Shown one piece after another: positions 9,256 to 19,300 of a DNA stretch of 64,000 nucleotides. A model generated the notes under the pieces. That model had not been told where the DNA came from, ran no database searches, and saw only the letters and a program-made list of their open reading frames with translations. Made by a program: the position numbers and the translations under genes. The stretch's first letter is position 1. Each line of letters begins with the position of its first letter. Source of the stretch: a virus; the IMG/VR virus record IMGVR_UViG_3300030419_005456, positions 61,571 through 125,570 of that record. The stretch is one strand, 5' to 3'.

Positions 9256-10833
9256 CTAAAGTTCTAATATTTGATCGACTATTACTCCGTCACGTTCTCC
9301 CTGTACAGATTTTCCAATAATAAGAACATTGTTTCCTGTATATAATAAATTTTTGTAGTTTTCCCAAGGTTCATTAAATACGGTAATGTTTTCAAGAACT
9401 CCTGTTCCATCTTCTACTGCAAGAAAGCCCATCTCTTTACCCTTTTGCTTTCCTTTTTTAGTTATATACTTTCTTATATCTGTTAAGGTAACAGCCAATT
9501 TAACTGGCCCCTCTTTGCCTTGAACAACCTCCTTGCAGGTTGTGTCAGACCTACTTGTGTCGCAAGAATCAACTTTAGAATAAGTAAGGGTTACTCCAAA
9601 GTAGTTCTCTTCTGTACGGGTTATCCATTCTGGATCATCATCCAATGACGAATATGGTTTTTTAAGATGCTCTACAAGATCGCTTACTATTTCGGTGCGA
9701 TTCTTGTTTGCCACACCGCCACCTTCTTTCTTTGGTTTGGAAAGTGCTGTTAGTAGCTCTTGCAAGCTGTCCCAGTTTTTATAATTTTCCAAAGCCCAGT
9801 CAGTCTCTTTGCTGGTTATTTTTTGCCAAGTGTCAAACTCGTCCAGCATTAATTGTCGAGACATTCTTGTATGCGAGAGCATGCCAGTAGAAATTAAAGC
9901 CTTGACTGCTGTGCTTGTTACGTTCTTAGAAAAGCAAACCAAAAATTCATACCATGTCCAGTCGCATATTTTTTTACCGATAAATTCTTCAGCTTTTTTA
10001 ACTTCTGAACTAAGCTCTACGATTTTATTCTTACCAAGAGATTTGACATTACTTAACCCAAAGTGAATCTTGCCGTCAATTATCTCAGTATCCGCATTCA
10101 TATGAGATATGGATGGCGGGTGTATAAAAACATTGTGTATTTTAGCGTCGGATACTAGCTCTCTGACTTCTCTATGTGGGTCTTGTTTTCCGCCGGAGTA
10201 TCTAAGGTAGTTACAATAAAACTCTAGGGGAAAATGTGTTTTTGCGTATGCTGACCAGTATCCACATATGGCATATGAAACCGCATGCGATTTATTAAAA
10301 GCGTACCTGCTTGATTTTTCAATCCAAGAAAATATTTCCTCTGCGGACTCTTTTGAAACAACCTTTTGTTTAGAAGCACCTTCTATAAAGGACTTTTTTA
10401 TCTTTGCCATCAGGTCTGCTTTTTTCTTTCCGATAGCTTTGCGAAGATCGTCAGCTTCTTGTAGATTGAATCCAGCAATAGCCTGAGCTATTTTCATAGA
10501 CTGCTCTTGGTAGACCAGAACGCCCTGCGTATTCTTAAGAATAGGCTCTAGTGACAAATCAATGTAAGTTACACTGTCTTTGCCATTTTTTCTATCTACA
10601 TAGTGTTGCGTTAGGGATTTTTCATCCACAAAGGCTTTTAGGCATCCCGGTCGAATAATTGAAACAAGAGCGGCAAGCTCTTCAATATTTCTTGGCTTGG
10701 CTCGCTTTGCCCAAGACTTGCCGAGACTGCTCTCTAGTTGAAAAACACCCTTCGTTCTTCCAGAGCAGATTAAGTCCCAAGTCGCTTTGTCGTTGTAATT
10801 AATCTCTTTTACATTAAAGGTGGATGTTTCCAT
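9256..10833 (-). CDS. dnaE: DNA polymerase III alpha, C-terminal half (fingers, HhH, OB fold)
   Basis: TKGVFQLES, IIRPG, VYQEQSM, ADDLRKAIGKK, YAFNKSHA, FGLSNVK, MGFLAVEDGTG; start probably ATG 10833. Confidence 0.93.
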   Translation of the reverse strand: METSTFNVKEINYNDKATWDLICSGRTKGVFQLESSLGKSWAKRAKPRNIEELAALVSIIRPGCLKAFVDEKSLTQHYVDRKNGKDSVTYIDLSLEPILKNTQGVLVYQEQSMKIAQAIAGFNLQEADDLRKAIGKKKADLMAKIKKSFIEGASKQKVVSKESAEEIFSWIEKSSRYAFNKSHAVSYAICGYWSAYAKTHFPLEFYCNYLRYSGGKQDPHREVRELVSDAKIHNVFIHPPSISHMNADTEIIDGKIHFGLSNVKSLGKNKIVELSSEVKKAEEFIGKKICDWTWYEFLVCFSKNVTSTAVKALISTGMLSHTRMSRQLMLDEFDTWQKITSKETDWALENYKNWDSLQELLTALSKPKKEGGGVANKNRTEIVSDLVEHLKKPYSSLDDDPEWITRTEENYFGVTLTYSKVDSCDTSRSDTTCKEVVQGKEGPVKLAVTLTDIRKYITKKGKQKGKEMGFLAVEDGTGVLENITVFNEPWENYKNLLYTGNNVLIIGKSVQGERDGVIVDQILEL

Positions 10834-11494
10834 CTGCAAAAGCCTTTTCAAATTTAACCGTAGGAGCAAATTTTCTATACAACTTCATAAACCCTATGAG
10901 TAGGTTTGCTGTATCTTTCACATCTTGCAGGGCGTCATGGGCGTTTTCTTTGTCCATGCCAAGCAAGTCTCTCATAGAGTCCATGCTAAGAGACTTAACA
11001 TCTGGATTATTTTCAAACCACATCCATACAGTTTCCAGCAAATCAATCCTGTGAATTCTGTTGAAGATGGTCTGCCGACCCTGCTTGTCAGTAGGGCCGT
11101 ATGCCTCGCACATTCTCTGCACAATAGGCATATCAAAACCGTTGATATTGTAGCCCGCAGCTATCGGGGCAAAATAAGGGGTTTTCTTCCAGTTATACTT
11201 GTTAACAAAGTTGTTAAACTTGCCCCACACAGTTTTTGGAAGAGGGGCTTTTGCAAGCTTCTTCCTATCTTTTCTTGTAATGGCCAAAGCCTCATCTTCA
11301 ACTGGATCAAATCCAGCAGCAACGGCCTTCTCATCGTCCAGTATTGGGCGTATTTCACTATTAAAATACCCTCCCGGTTGCACTGTTAGCTTCCTTCCAT
11401 GAATAGCAACAGCGGCTATTTGCGTGGGTTGCGTTTTGAGAGGATCTCTAGAACCCGTTTCAAAGTCAAAAACAATAATATCTCTATAGTTCAT
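10814..11494 (-). CDS. DEDDh 3'-5' exonuclease (DnaQ/epsilon-like)
   Basis: FDFETG (ExoI), GYNINGFD (ExoII), AHDALQDV (ExoIII). Confidence 0.9.
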   Translation of the reverse strand: MNYRDIIVFDFETGSRDPLKTQPTQIAAVAIHGRKLTVQPGGYFNSEIRPILDDEKAVAAGFDPVEDEALAITRKDRKKLAKAPLPKTVWGKFNNFVNKYNWKKTPYFAPIAAGYNINGFDMPIVQRMCEAYGPTDKQGRQTIFNRIHRIDLLETVWMWFENNPDVKSLSMDSMRDLLGMDKENAHDALQDVKDTANLLIGFMKLYRKFAPTVKFEKAFADGNIHL

Positions 11495-11715
11495 CTAATT
11501 TTCCTTTTTAGATCAAAGAATTTATCTATAGCTTCGTCAACGTCTTCATACAGCACGCTAAATGAATATTTATGAGATTCATTATGAACCTGATATTTTA
11601 TTACATTGTCACGCATTCGATAGTAGTCATTAATTCTACAAATAGACAGAGATTTATATTGTTCATATCTTCCGTTATTAATTTTGTCTTTAATTCTTTG
11701 TCTATGCGTGGACAC
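11491..11715 (-). CDS. Hypothetical protein (74 aa)
   Basis: ORF overlapping both neighbours. Confidence 0.6.
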   Translation of the reverse strand: MSTHRQRIKDKINNGRYEQYKSLSICRINDYYRMRDNVIKYQVHNESHKYSFSVLYEDVDEAIDKFFDLKRKIR

Positions 11716-13627
11716 TATTATCTCCCTCTAATTGGTCCCTAATTCCCATAACTTTGTCTAGTAAAGATATACCAAGTATATCAAACTTTACATGACCCAT
11801 TGATTCAAGATCTCCCATTTCCATACCGGCTATTTTTTCTGTTCCTCTCTTGTCTCTAACCATTGGACAGACAGTGTTCAAATTATGTGACGAAATAACA
11901 ACTCCAGCAGCATGCTTACCCTGAGACTTAAACGTACCCTCAAGTCTCATTGCTTGCTCGAACATTTTCGAGTATTCACCCTCTAGAGATCCGTCATCAT
12001 TTAGTCGGCAGTAATCTCTTAATATTTCTGGTTGATTTATTAAAGTCCACTGAATAACTGAGGGGTTATCCATGTCTGCAAGCTGGTCAGAAATTTCATG
12101 CTCATACGGAAGGCTTTTTGTGATCATGTTCATCTCTTCGTATCCACAAGCCTCATTCATTCGCAAGACTTCTTTTATGGCACTTCTACCTTGCAAGCGA
12201 CCAAAAGTTACCATTTGGCTTACTTTTTCATTTCCATACTTCTGTCTAATGTAATTTATTACATCGTCTCGTTTAGAAGCCGGAACATCAATGTCTATAT
12301 CAGGCAAAGATACATGATCTTTAGTGTTTCTTCCGGCGTTGTAAAATCTTTCAAAGATAAGACCATGCTCAATGGGATCAACCTGAGTAACGCCAATTAA
12401 CCATGATATTAAACAGCCAGCAGCAGAACCTCTTCCCGGCCCCGGTATCCAACCATTATCTTTGACTTGGTTTACAATGTCTCTAACTATTAAGAAATAG
12501 CCCGACAGATTGGCTTCCTCTATGACCTTTAGTTCGTTTTTTACACGCTCTCCATACAAGCTCTTTTTGTCGGGAGAATCTATCTTGCTGGTGTTTTGTA
12601 ATTTTGACATCCAGCCTTCTCTGCATAGAGATTTAAGATATTCCTCCTCCGAACCGTGTTTCTCTGGATATTCAAACTCTGGAAGCATAGGGCTTCCTAG
12701 AATATCATAATGCTCACACATGTCAGCTATGTTGGCAGCATTTTCTATTTCGCTTGGTGTGTTGACTCTTTGTATTTCTTCTAAAGAAGGTATGTGAAAA
12801 TTGTGAGATCTCATAAAACCGCTAAAGCCGACATCTTCATTATTTGCGATTTTCGATTTAATTTTCCTGAGCGTGGTCTTCATGGCTGAACACAGAAGTA
12901 ACAGATGATCTCCAGCATCATTTTTTCTTGGGTAATGAGAGTCAGCAGTTGCCACTGTTGCTATCTTTAGTTTTTTCGCTATATACCTCAAACCTTGAGC
13001 TACTAATTTTGCGGCAGGAGAATTTTCTTCGTCGATAGCTTGTATTTCAATAAGAAAATTGTCTTTTCCAAAAGCATCTAAATATATGTAAACCATCTGC
13101 GTTACATTCTCTACCCAGTTTGGGTCGATAAATTTCTTAACGCCAACCTCTGTGTCTTGGTTGTATGCCTGTTTATAATCTGTAAAGATGGCATTTGCTA
13201 AGTCGCTACCAAGATGCCCACTAAACGCAATCAGATTTCCGTTGGCATATTCAGAAAGTCTATTTAGATCAATGCGTGGTTTATAATAGTACAAGTCTTC
13301 ATCGTTACTTCTAGAAACAGCCTCGATTAGACTGTGCCATCCCTTTGCATTTTTTGACAGAACAACCAAATGGCTCAATGATCGGTTCTCTGGACTTTGT
13401 ATAGTGGCGTCCTGTTCGGTAAGATAAAATTCACACCCTAATATTGGCTTGATATTTTTATTCTTACAGGCTTGAGTAAAAGCTACAGCACCAGCCACAG
13501 TTCCATGATCTGTAAGGGCGCAAGATTCATAACCAAGTTCTGAACAACGTTCAGCTATTTGTGAAGGCTTGCTGAGTCCATCGAGAAGAGAGTAGTGCGA
13601 GTGTAGGTGTAGAGGAGTCCAATTCAT
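11702..13627 (-). CDS. dnaE: DNA polymerase III alpha, N-terminal half (PHP, palm, thumb)
   Basis: HLHSHYSLLDG, TDHG, GCE, GPGRGSAAG, FERF, LPDIDID, HAAGVVI, KFDILG. Confidence 0.95.
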   Translation of the reverse strand: MNWTPLHLHSHYSLLDGLSKPSQIAERCSELGYESCALTDHGTVAGAVAFTQACKNKNIKPILGCEFYLTEQDATIQSPENRSLSHLVVLSKNAKGWHSLIEAVSRSNDEDLYYYKPRIDLNRLSEYANGNLIAFSGHLGSDLANAIFTDYKQAYNQDTEVGVKKFIDPNWVENVTQMVYIYLDAFGKDNFLIEIQAIDEENSPAAKLVAQGLRYIAKKLKIATVATADSHYPRKNDAGDHLLLLCSAMKTTLRKIKSKIANNEDVGFSGFMRSHNFHIPSLEEIQRVNTPSEIENAANIADMCEHYDILGSPMLPEFEYPEKHGSEEEYLKSLCREGWMSKLQNTSKIDSPDKKSLYGERVKNELKVIEEANLSGYFLIVRDIVNQVKDNGWIPGPGRGSAAGCLISWLIGVTQVDPIEHGLIFERFYNAGRNTKDHVSLPDIDIDVPASKRDDVINYIRQKYGNEKVSQMVTFGRLQGRSAIKEVLRMNEACGYEEMNMITKSLPYEHEISDQLADMDNPSVIQWTLINQPEILRDYCRLNDDGSLEGEYSKMFEQAMRLEGTFKSQGKHAAGVVISSHNLNTVCPMVRDKRGTEKIAGMEMGDLESMGHVKFDILGISLLDKVMGIRDQLEGDNSVHA

Positions 13628-14637
13628 TTCTTTTTCTCTGCTAAACGGCCACCGCCGTCGCCATAGTTAGAGATATTATCAACATTGCCATATTCAGCAA
13701 CAACTTTATTTATGCCCTTGCGCCTTATCTCATCTCTCATATGTTGACAAACGCTTTTCTTGGAACCCTCTTTATAGGGTTCGCTAAACAGACATAACTT
13801 TCTACATTTCCAATGTGAGTTTTCATTGGATAGCAATCTGGGGTGTTCTTTATTTTTAATATACTGAAACTTCTTCTTCAGTATTTGCTCTGCCTTTTTG
13901 TAATCATCTTCATCAAATACGAGAGAAAAGACTCCACCGTCGTTGATATAAAATATGCTTACATAGAATTCTGCTTCTGGGTACATATTTTTTAGCGCGT
14001 AGTAGTAAAGCAAGAGTTGCGTGTCTTTTTGCAACGCTTCTGGAGTCTTTTCTTCGCCTGTTGCCCAGTTAATTCTCTTTCCGGTTTTATAATCAAGTAT
14101 CTCGTAGTAATTTTCGTCATGCTTGATTATTAGGTCAACAGTACCTTTAATAGAAAGGTTCCCTGTTATTCTTTCTTTACCAATTCTGTAATCGTATTTT
14201 GCCCAAGGTTTATCAATTTCTATGTCGAAAAACTGTTCTGTAGAAAAGACGTTTTGATTTCTTGGATCAAACGATCCGTCACTATATGCTACGGCTTTTT
14301 CTGTCCACTTTATACAAGTTTTTAACTCCGCTTTTCCTAAAACAACATCTGGAAAATTTTCAGTATAAAAGTTAAACGCCCTCTCTGTTAGCTTTGGAAG
14401 ATCATCACATTGTTTTAATGTGAATTTGCCAAGCTCATCATCAGTAAAGCTTTTGTTGCCACGCTGCATGCACAGATTCTTGTCCCCCAATATCTGAAGG
14501 GCTTTGTGTACAATCGTACCCATCAAGGCTTTTTTATTTGTTCTATCCTTGAGAGACAAATTGTATTGCAGAAAATATTTCTGTTCGCAGAATTCTAGAG
14601 TGCCTAGACTACTGCTTCTGTGGTAACAAACTATCAT
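13624..14637 (-). CDS. Cas4/RecB-like PD-(D/E)xK exonuclease with Fe-S cysteines
   Basis: N-terminal C, GTVDL, DYKTG, QLLLY, C-terminal CRKLC...C. Confidence 0.82.
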   Translation of the reverse strand: MIVCYHRSSSLGTLEFCEQKYFLQYNLSLKDRTNKKALMGTIVHKALQILGDKNLCMQRGNKSFTDDELGKFTLKQCDDLPKLTERAFNFYTENFPDVVLGKAELKTCIKWTEKAVAYSDGSFDPRNQNVFSTEQFFDIEIDKPWAKYDYRIGKERITGNLSIKGTVDLIIKHDENYYEILDYKTGKRINWATGEEKTPEALQKDTQLLLYYYALKNMYPEAEFYVSIFYINDGGVFSLVFDEDDYKKAEQILKKKFQYIKNKEHPRLLSNENSHWKCRKLCLFSEPYKEGSKKSVCQHMRDEIRRKGINKVVAEYGNVDNISNYGDGGGRLAEKKK

Positions 14638-15160
14638 CTATAGGGTCCAAATCTTTAACTTGTAAATTATACATGTCCTGATGCGTTACGAAATTATTGC
14701 TTTTGTCAACATCACCCTTTTTCCAAAGAGTGGCTTCTTTAAAATATTCATCCCTGCTTTTCTGTCCTAGCACCCAAATTGCTCTAGGGGTTGCACCTTG
14801 AAATTGTATGCTTGTAAAGATATACAGGTCTGGTTGTTGGTGTGCGCTGGTTTTTGCCACAGAAACATCATAGTAGTCACGAGGAGCGACCGTGCGGCGT
14901 TTAGTTTTAACCTCTATACGTTTGCCATTCTTGAAGAGATCATAGTTGTATTTTTCTGACCCCTCATCGTTGCTTATAATTTCGGCATCAATAAAATGAG
15001 CAACAGCCTCTTCACCGAGATAACCCGCAAAGTTACCTACACCTCCCAATATGGAGTTTCTGATTTTCCCAAGAGACTTCGCTTTCTTATGGGATGATTC
15101 AACCATCTCTTTAGTAAATGGTATATTGATTATTAGATCTTTGCTTTTAGCCATTCCCAT
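14609..15160 (-). CDS. PD-(D/E)xK-like nuclease
   Basis: GYLGE...YDL...IEVKTK. Confidence 0.55.
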   Translation of the reverse strand: MGMAKSKDLIINIPFTKEMVESSHKKAKSLGKIRNSILGGVGNFAGYLGEEAVAHFIDAEIISNDEGSEKYNYDLFKNGKRIEVKTKRRTVAPRDYYDVSVAKTSAHQQPDLYIFTSIQFQGATPRAIWVLGQKSRDEYFKEATLWKKGDVDKSNNFVTHQDMYNLQVKDLDPIDDSLLPQKQ

Positions 15161-15909
15161 TCCTTTAGCTGTGCCAGTATTGCTCTGTTTGTTTCGTCTA
15201 TATTCATATCTTGATTGTCTATCACACAGTCAAAGCCTTCGTAATCTTTTAGTGCTGTTTCACTTGCATGCTCGTCTTCATGGGGCGTGCGGGTAAGCTT
15301 TATAACTTTTCCACCAGCTTTCTTAATTGCCTTTGCTTCATTCGGAAAACGAACGTCAGGAATTATCGCAAGCTCTGTGTTGGACTGCCTAATTCTTTTA
15401 ATACACGCAGAAACCCACACGTCAGATTTTAATGTTCTGCATATATCAGTACCAAAATACTGGAGAAACTCTCGTCCAGTAAGATGACCCTCTGCTGCTT
15501 GGTCTGGGCCAGAGATTAGCCTAGACATGTCATGAGTCTTAATGTTAGTCAAAGAATTCTTTTCTTTGTCAGTTCCATAACACTGTTCTTCCGATAATCC
15601 AAAAAGCTCTATAGCGATTATCTTTAGCGGGTCTGCAAAACTAAAATGCCTAACATAAGGCCAGATAGACATGGATGCATAGTCTATAAAGTCTTGATCT
15701 CGCCTTTCTACATCGAGAATCCCAATCTCTTCTATTTCTTTTCCGCTTTCGTCCATCATGGTTGCGTTAACAAGAAGTTGACCGCTCTCATTCATCAAGA
15801 ACTTTGTTATTACTTCGTTGACACGCATTTGAAATCCATAAAGAAAATTCATGGAGGTCGTTTTGCCGCTCTGCTTTACACCTGAAAGTCCAAGTATTTT
15901 CTGGGACAT
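15133..15909 (-). CDS. Deoxynucleoside monophosphate kinase
   Basis: GVKQSGKT, FADPLK, REFLQYFGTD, DVRFPNE, HASET. Confidence 0.88.
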   Translation of the reverse strand: MSQKILGLSGVKQSGKTTSMNFLYGFQMRVNEVITKFLMNESGQLLVNATMMDESGKEIEEIGILDVERRDQDFIDYASMSIWPYVRHFSFADPLKIIAIELFGLSEEQCYGTDKEKNSLTNIKTHDMSRLISGPDQAAEGHLTGREFLQYFGTDICRTLKSDVWVSACIKRIRQSNTELAIIPDVRFPNEAKAIKKAGGKVIKLTRTPHEDEHASETALKDYEGFDCVIDNQDMNIDETNRAILAQLKEWEWLKAKI

Positions 15910-15922
15910 GGGTTTTCTTCTC

Positions 15923-16936
15923 CTATATCTGGTGCTTAATTTCGTTTGAAATCTGATCTATTGTCATTTCGCCTACATCCTTGAAGGAAAAGACAGGTTC
16001 ATTAATCATAAACAATGTTTGACATTTTTGCTTAATGGAACTCTTAGCCTTTTGGCCAGCCTCGTCGTTGTCGGTAAGGACGACCAGAGTGTGTGCGCCT
16101 GACATTTGTAATAATCCCGACTGAGTATCGCTTAAGCTGGAACCAAATATTCCAACCGCATTTTTTATTCCGGCCTCCCACAACTTCCAAACATCGCCCT
16201 GCCCTTCAACTAGAACGGCAGTCTTTGTTTCTCTTATACTGTCTTTCGACAGCCATAAGCCGTACAAATATGATCCTGTGTTAAAACCTTTTGAATTGAC
16301 CCATTTGTAACCGTTGTGTTTTTCATGCGGTGTTCTCCCCACACAACCAACGTATTGGTAGTTCTCATCGTATACAGGAGCAACCACTCTTCCAAACATT
16401 GGTTTTCCTTTTGTTTTGCAGAGACCAACGTCAAAAGCATCTAAAGCCTCCTCAGAAAAGCCTCTTTTTAGGTAGTATTCAACCGGTCTGTGTAGATTTT
16501 TTCGCACCTCTTCTCTTGATATGTTTAGTGCTGGTTTTCTTTTTTTCTTTCTGGACATTCTATCAATTGATTTAGAGATAGAAGCGTGCCTTTCTTCAAG
16601 ATCTTTTTCTGACACCTCCAAAAAATTCAAACAAAACTCAACCGTTTCTGAGAATGTAACCTCTCTATCTTTTGATAGTACGGCTCTTACAAAACCAAGT
16701 ATAGAAGGCATGTGTTTCTTTTCGCAGCTTCTTGTCCAGCATTTCCACACCCCGCTAAACTCACCCTCTGTTGTAATGGTACAGCCATTAGGATTGTCAG
16801 CACCTTCATGTATGGGGCATACAAAAGATAAATAGTCCTCGTGATCTTGATACTCTATGTCAAGAACACCAAATAGCTCTCTTATTTTGCTACCTAGTAT
16901 ACCACACAAAGCTACTGTGTCAACCTTCTTATTCAA
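15923..16936 (-). CDS. dnaG: DNA primase (CHC2 zinc finger + TOPRIM)
   Basis: CPIH...CWTRSC, VEGQGDV, DNDEAG, KDVGE. Confidence 0.9.
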   Translation of the reverse strand: MNKKVDTVALCGILGSKIRELFGVLDIEYQDHEDYLSFVCPIHEGADNPNGCTITTEGEFSGVWKCWTRSCEKKHMPSILGFVRAVLSKDREVTFSETVEFCLNFLEVSEKDLEERHASISKSIDRMSRKKKRKPALNISREEVRKNLHRPVEYYLKRGFSEEALDAFDVGLCKTKGKPMFGRVVAPVYDENYQYVGCVGRTPHEKHNGYKWVNSKGFNTGSYLYGLWLSKDSIRETKTAVLVEGQGDVWKLWEAGIKNAVGIFGSSLSDTQSGLLQMSGAHTLVVLTDNDEAGQKAKSSIKQKCQTLFMINEPVFSFKDVGEMTIDQISNEIKHQI

Positions 16937-18393
16937 AATGGCCTCTCTTCATCAACAACTTCTGCTTCAACAACAAAGCCTTCTTTTTGTCTTTTGGTTT
17001 GTTGCATCAGTTCTGCTTTTGTTCCCTTTTCGGTAAGCGTAGCTATGCTACCTTCCATATTCATATTAACATAGTCATAGTCTTCCATACCCGAACCATG
17101 ACGAGAAACTATAGGTATTAATTTTCTGTTACCGCTCTCTCCGTTGTCTTCTGCAATTTCTTCGTCGGATTTTTTCTTAAAGATAGAAAAGCTGCTACAA
17201 AGCCATATCAATCTGTCCGAACCGCTCACAACGTCTGTAGACTCTTTTGTAATACCATCCCTGTTTAATTGCACAAAGCTGAGACAAGGGCAATCGTACT
17301 GTACGCAAAAATTGTGGAGCTTTGTGATTTGAAATCCTAAAACTTGAAACTCTTTCATGCTGTCATTGATTTCGTCCGAAGCCATTAATTTCAAGTAATC
17401 ATATATAATCATGCAGTCATTGAGTCGTCCGTTTTCGTCATAACCAACCTTTTTGATTAACCACCTTCTTATAATGGATAAAGTTTCTTCAAAAGGCTTT
17501 CCGGCAATAGCGATGTAATCCAAAGGCATTTCTTGTATTTTGTTACTAGCCTGAGAAATCCTTTCTTTGCCGTTTACCATTTTGGTGAATTTTCCAGTGG
17601 AGATATCGTTTATATCAACCTTGCTGTATCTTGCCAGAAGTCTATTAAAATGATCTTCTTTTGACATTTCCGTATCTAGGACTAACACTGGTATGTTTAA
17701 TTCACCAGCAATATGCGCACCTATATTGTCAGCAAGCATACTCTTGCCAGTTTTTGGGCGTGCCGCAATTAAGTCTACGCATTTTCGACGAAAGCCACCT
17801 CCAATAGCCGCATCAAAAGAAGCAAACCCGCTACTTATGCCAAGCATATCGCAAGGATTTGTTTCTAGGTGTTCAACATAATCACCTATTTCATCACCAA
17901 GAGTAATCGGTTTGTCTTCCACAGACCCTTGAAGGGTTGCTGAAAGCTCAAAGAATGGAGACTCACCAACACTAATTATTTTGTCTATTGTTTCATCGCC
18001 GGTAACATCATTGATGTCTGAAATGACCCTTTTGGCTCTAAGCCTTACGTCTCTAGCGATTTCTAGTTTCTTTATTTTTACAGCGTGGGTTCTTACGTTT
18101 TCTAGTTGTACGTCACAGTTTACGACCCCAGCCATATGACTGTCAGGTATCTTTTCAGAAAACGTTTTTTCTAGACCCAAGTCTGAAGCGGCACTTAGCA
18201 AAGAGGGCAGGTCTATAGTGGAAGTGTTTTCTAACGCCTTCTTAAGGCAAGAGTAAATTATCTGATTTTCTGGCAGTACGAAACTGTTTGTATTTATTAT
18301 ATCATCAACATCTATAAACGCTTCTTCTCCATATTTCATGATACCGGCTATCACTACTCTTTCGGAGGCGGGATTAGATATTGACTCTTGCAT
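16933..18393 (-). CDS. dnaB: Replicative DNA helicase
   Basis: AARPKTGKS, DTEM, YDYLKL, QLNR, SRHG. Confidence 0.92.
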   Translation of the reverse strand: MQESISNPASERVVIAGIMKYGEEAFIDVDDIINTNSFVLPENQIIYSCLKKALENTSTIDLPSLLSAASDLGLEKTFSEKIPDSHMAGVVNCDVQLENVRTHAVKIKKLEIARDVRLRAKRVISDINDVTGDETIDKIISVGESPFFELSATLQGSVEDKPITLGDEIGDYVEHLETNPCDMLGISSGFASFDAAIGGGFRRKCVDLIAARPKTGKSMLADNIGAHIAGELNIPVLVLDTEMSKEDHFNRLLARYSKVDINDISTGKFTKMVNGKERISQASNKIQEMPLDYIAIAGKPFEETLSIIRRWLIKKVGYDENGRLNDCMIIYDYLKLMASDEINDSMKEFQVLGFQITKLHNFCVQYDCPCLSFVQLNRDGITKESTDVVSGSDRLIWLCSSFSIFKKKSDEEIAEDNGESGNRKLIPIVSRHGSGMEDYDYVNMNMEGSIATLTEKGTKAELMQQTKRQKEGFVVEAEVVDEERPF

Positions 18394-18395
18394 TT

Positions 18396-18818
18396 TTAAC
18401 CACCTACGCAACTATCACAACGAAAAAATTGTCCCTGTGCCAAGATCGGATTTACTTCACTCTCTTTTCCGCATACATGACATTGAACTTTTACGGTTGT
18501 TGAACCCTCTCTTTTTCGAGGGCTGGGGGTGTATTCTGGAGTTACAACATCTTTATGGTCTGCTCCATCGTCCACAAATGTATTTCCATCAGCCTGCACA
18601 GGGGATTTGCTGGCTAGTCTTTTGTTGTCTCGCTTTGCTGGTTTTGTTGAGAAATCCATTTCTCCTGATTTTTGCATCTGCACCGGTGCAGGTTTTGACA
18701 CTTCTGGTACTCCATCTTCTGGTCGGACTTCTTCTCCCGTGAGGGCCATATACCCTTGAATAATTTCTTCCATATCATTGTTTAGTATTCCCTTTTTGAT
18801 AGATTCTAATGGACTCAT
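18396..18818 (-). CDS. Hypothetical protein with C-terminal zinc ribbon
   Basis: CHVC...CDSC. Confidence 0.65.
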   Translation of the reverse strand: MSPLESIKKGILNNDMEEIIQGYMALTGEEVRPEDGVPEVSKPAPVQMQKSGEMDFSTKPAKRDNKRLASKSPVQADGNTFVDDGADHKDVVTPEYTPSPRKREGSTTVKVQCHVCGKESEVNPILAQGQFFRCDSCVGG

Positions 18819-19300
18819 CTTCTGTTCCTTTTAACATAAGCAAGCTTTTTCAAAACATCAACTTGGTCTTGCATGTAAGATATCTTTTCTTTTAACATAT
18901 CTACTCTAGATTTAGCCACCCCTTTTGCCTCTGATATGGTTCTGGCGGTTTCGTTGTTCGATATTAGAATAGGCAACTTAAGTTCCCATTTTGTGTACTG
19001 TGGATACTGATACTCAGACATCATCTTACTAAGAGCGTTATTGCACCAGTCTAATTTGATCTGCTCTTTTGTGTGTAATATATGAATGTAATCACAATAC
19101 CCCGTTAAGCAGAAAGATTTTTCTAGACATTCTTGTTCTGTAAGGTCTCTGAGTCCAGCCTCTGTTAGATTAAGTATATCTCTAACTTCATAGTTTACCT
19201 CTGTAACTTCTATAGACTTATTGTTTATATAGTCTTCTAGGTTATCTACGAGGCGTGCGTAATCGTTAGAGGACTCCGGCAAGTTCTTTTTTCCATTCAT
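18815..19300 (-). CDS. Hypothetical helical protein (possible recombination mediator)
   Basis: Coiled-coil-like ORF between RecA and DnaB; function inferred from position only. Confidence 0.5.
   Translation of the reverse strand: MNGKKNLPESSNDYARLVDNLEDYINNKSIEVTEVNYEVRDILNLTEAGLRDLTEQECLEKSFCLTGYCDYIHILHTKEQIKLDWCNNALSKMMSEYQYPQYTKWELKLPILISNNETARTISEAKGVAKSRVDMLKEKISYMQDQVDVLKKLAYVKRNRR

Noticed and set aside
9256-13627. Split intein, intron or programmed frameshift joining the dnaE halves
   Set aside because: No intein terminal residues, no evident intron core or homing endonuclease, and no clear slippery heptamer in the exonuclease/DnaE-C overlap.
13624-14637. Cas4-like gene as part of a CRISPR system
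   Set aside because: No repeat-spacer array or other cas genes seen; solo Cas4-like nucleases are common in phage replication modules.
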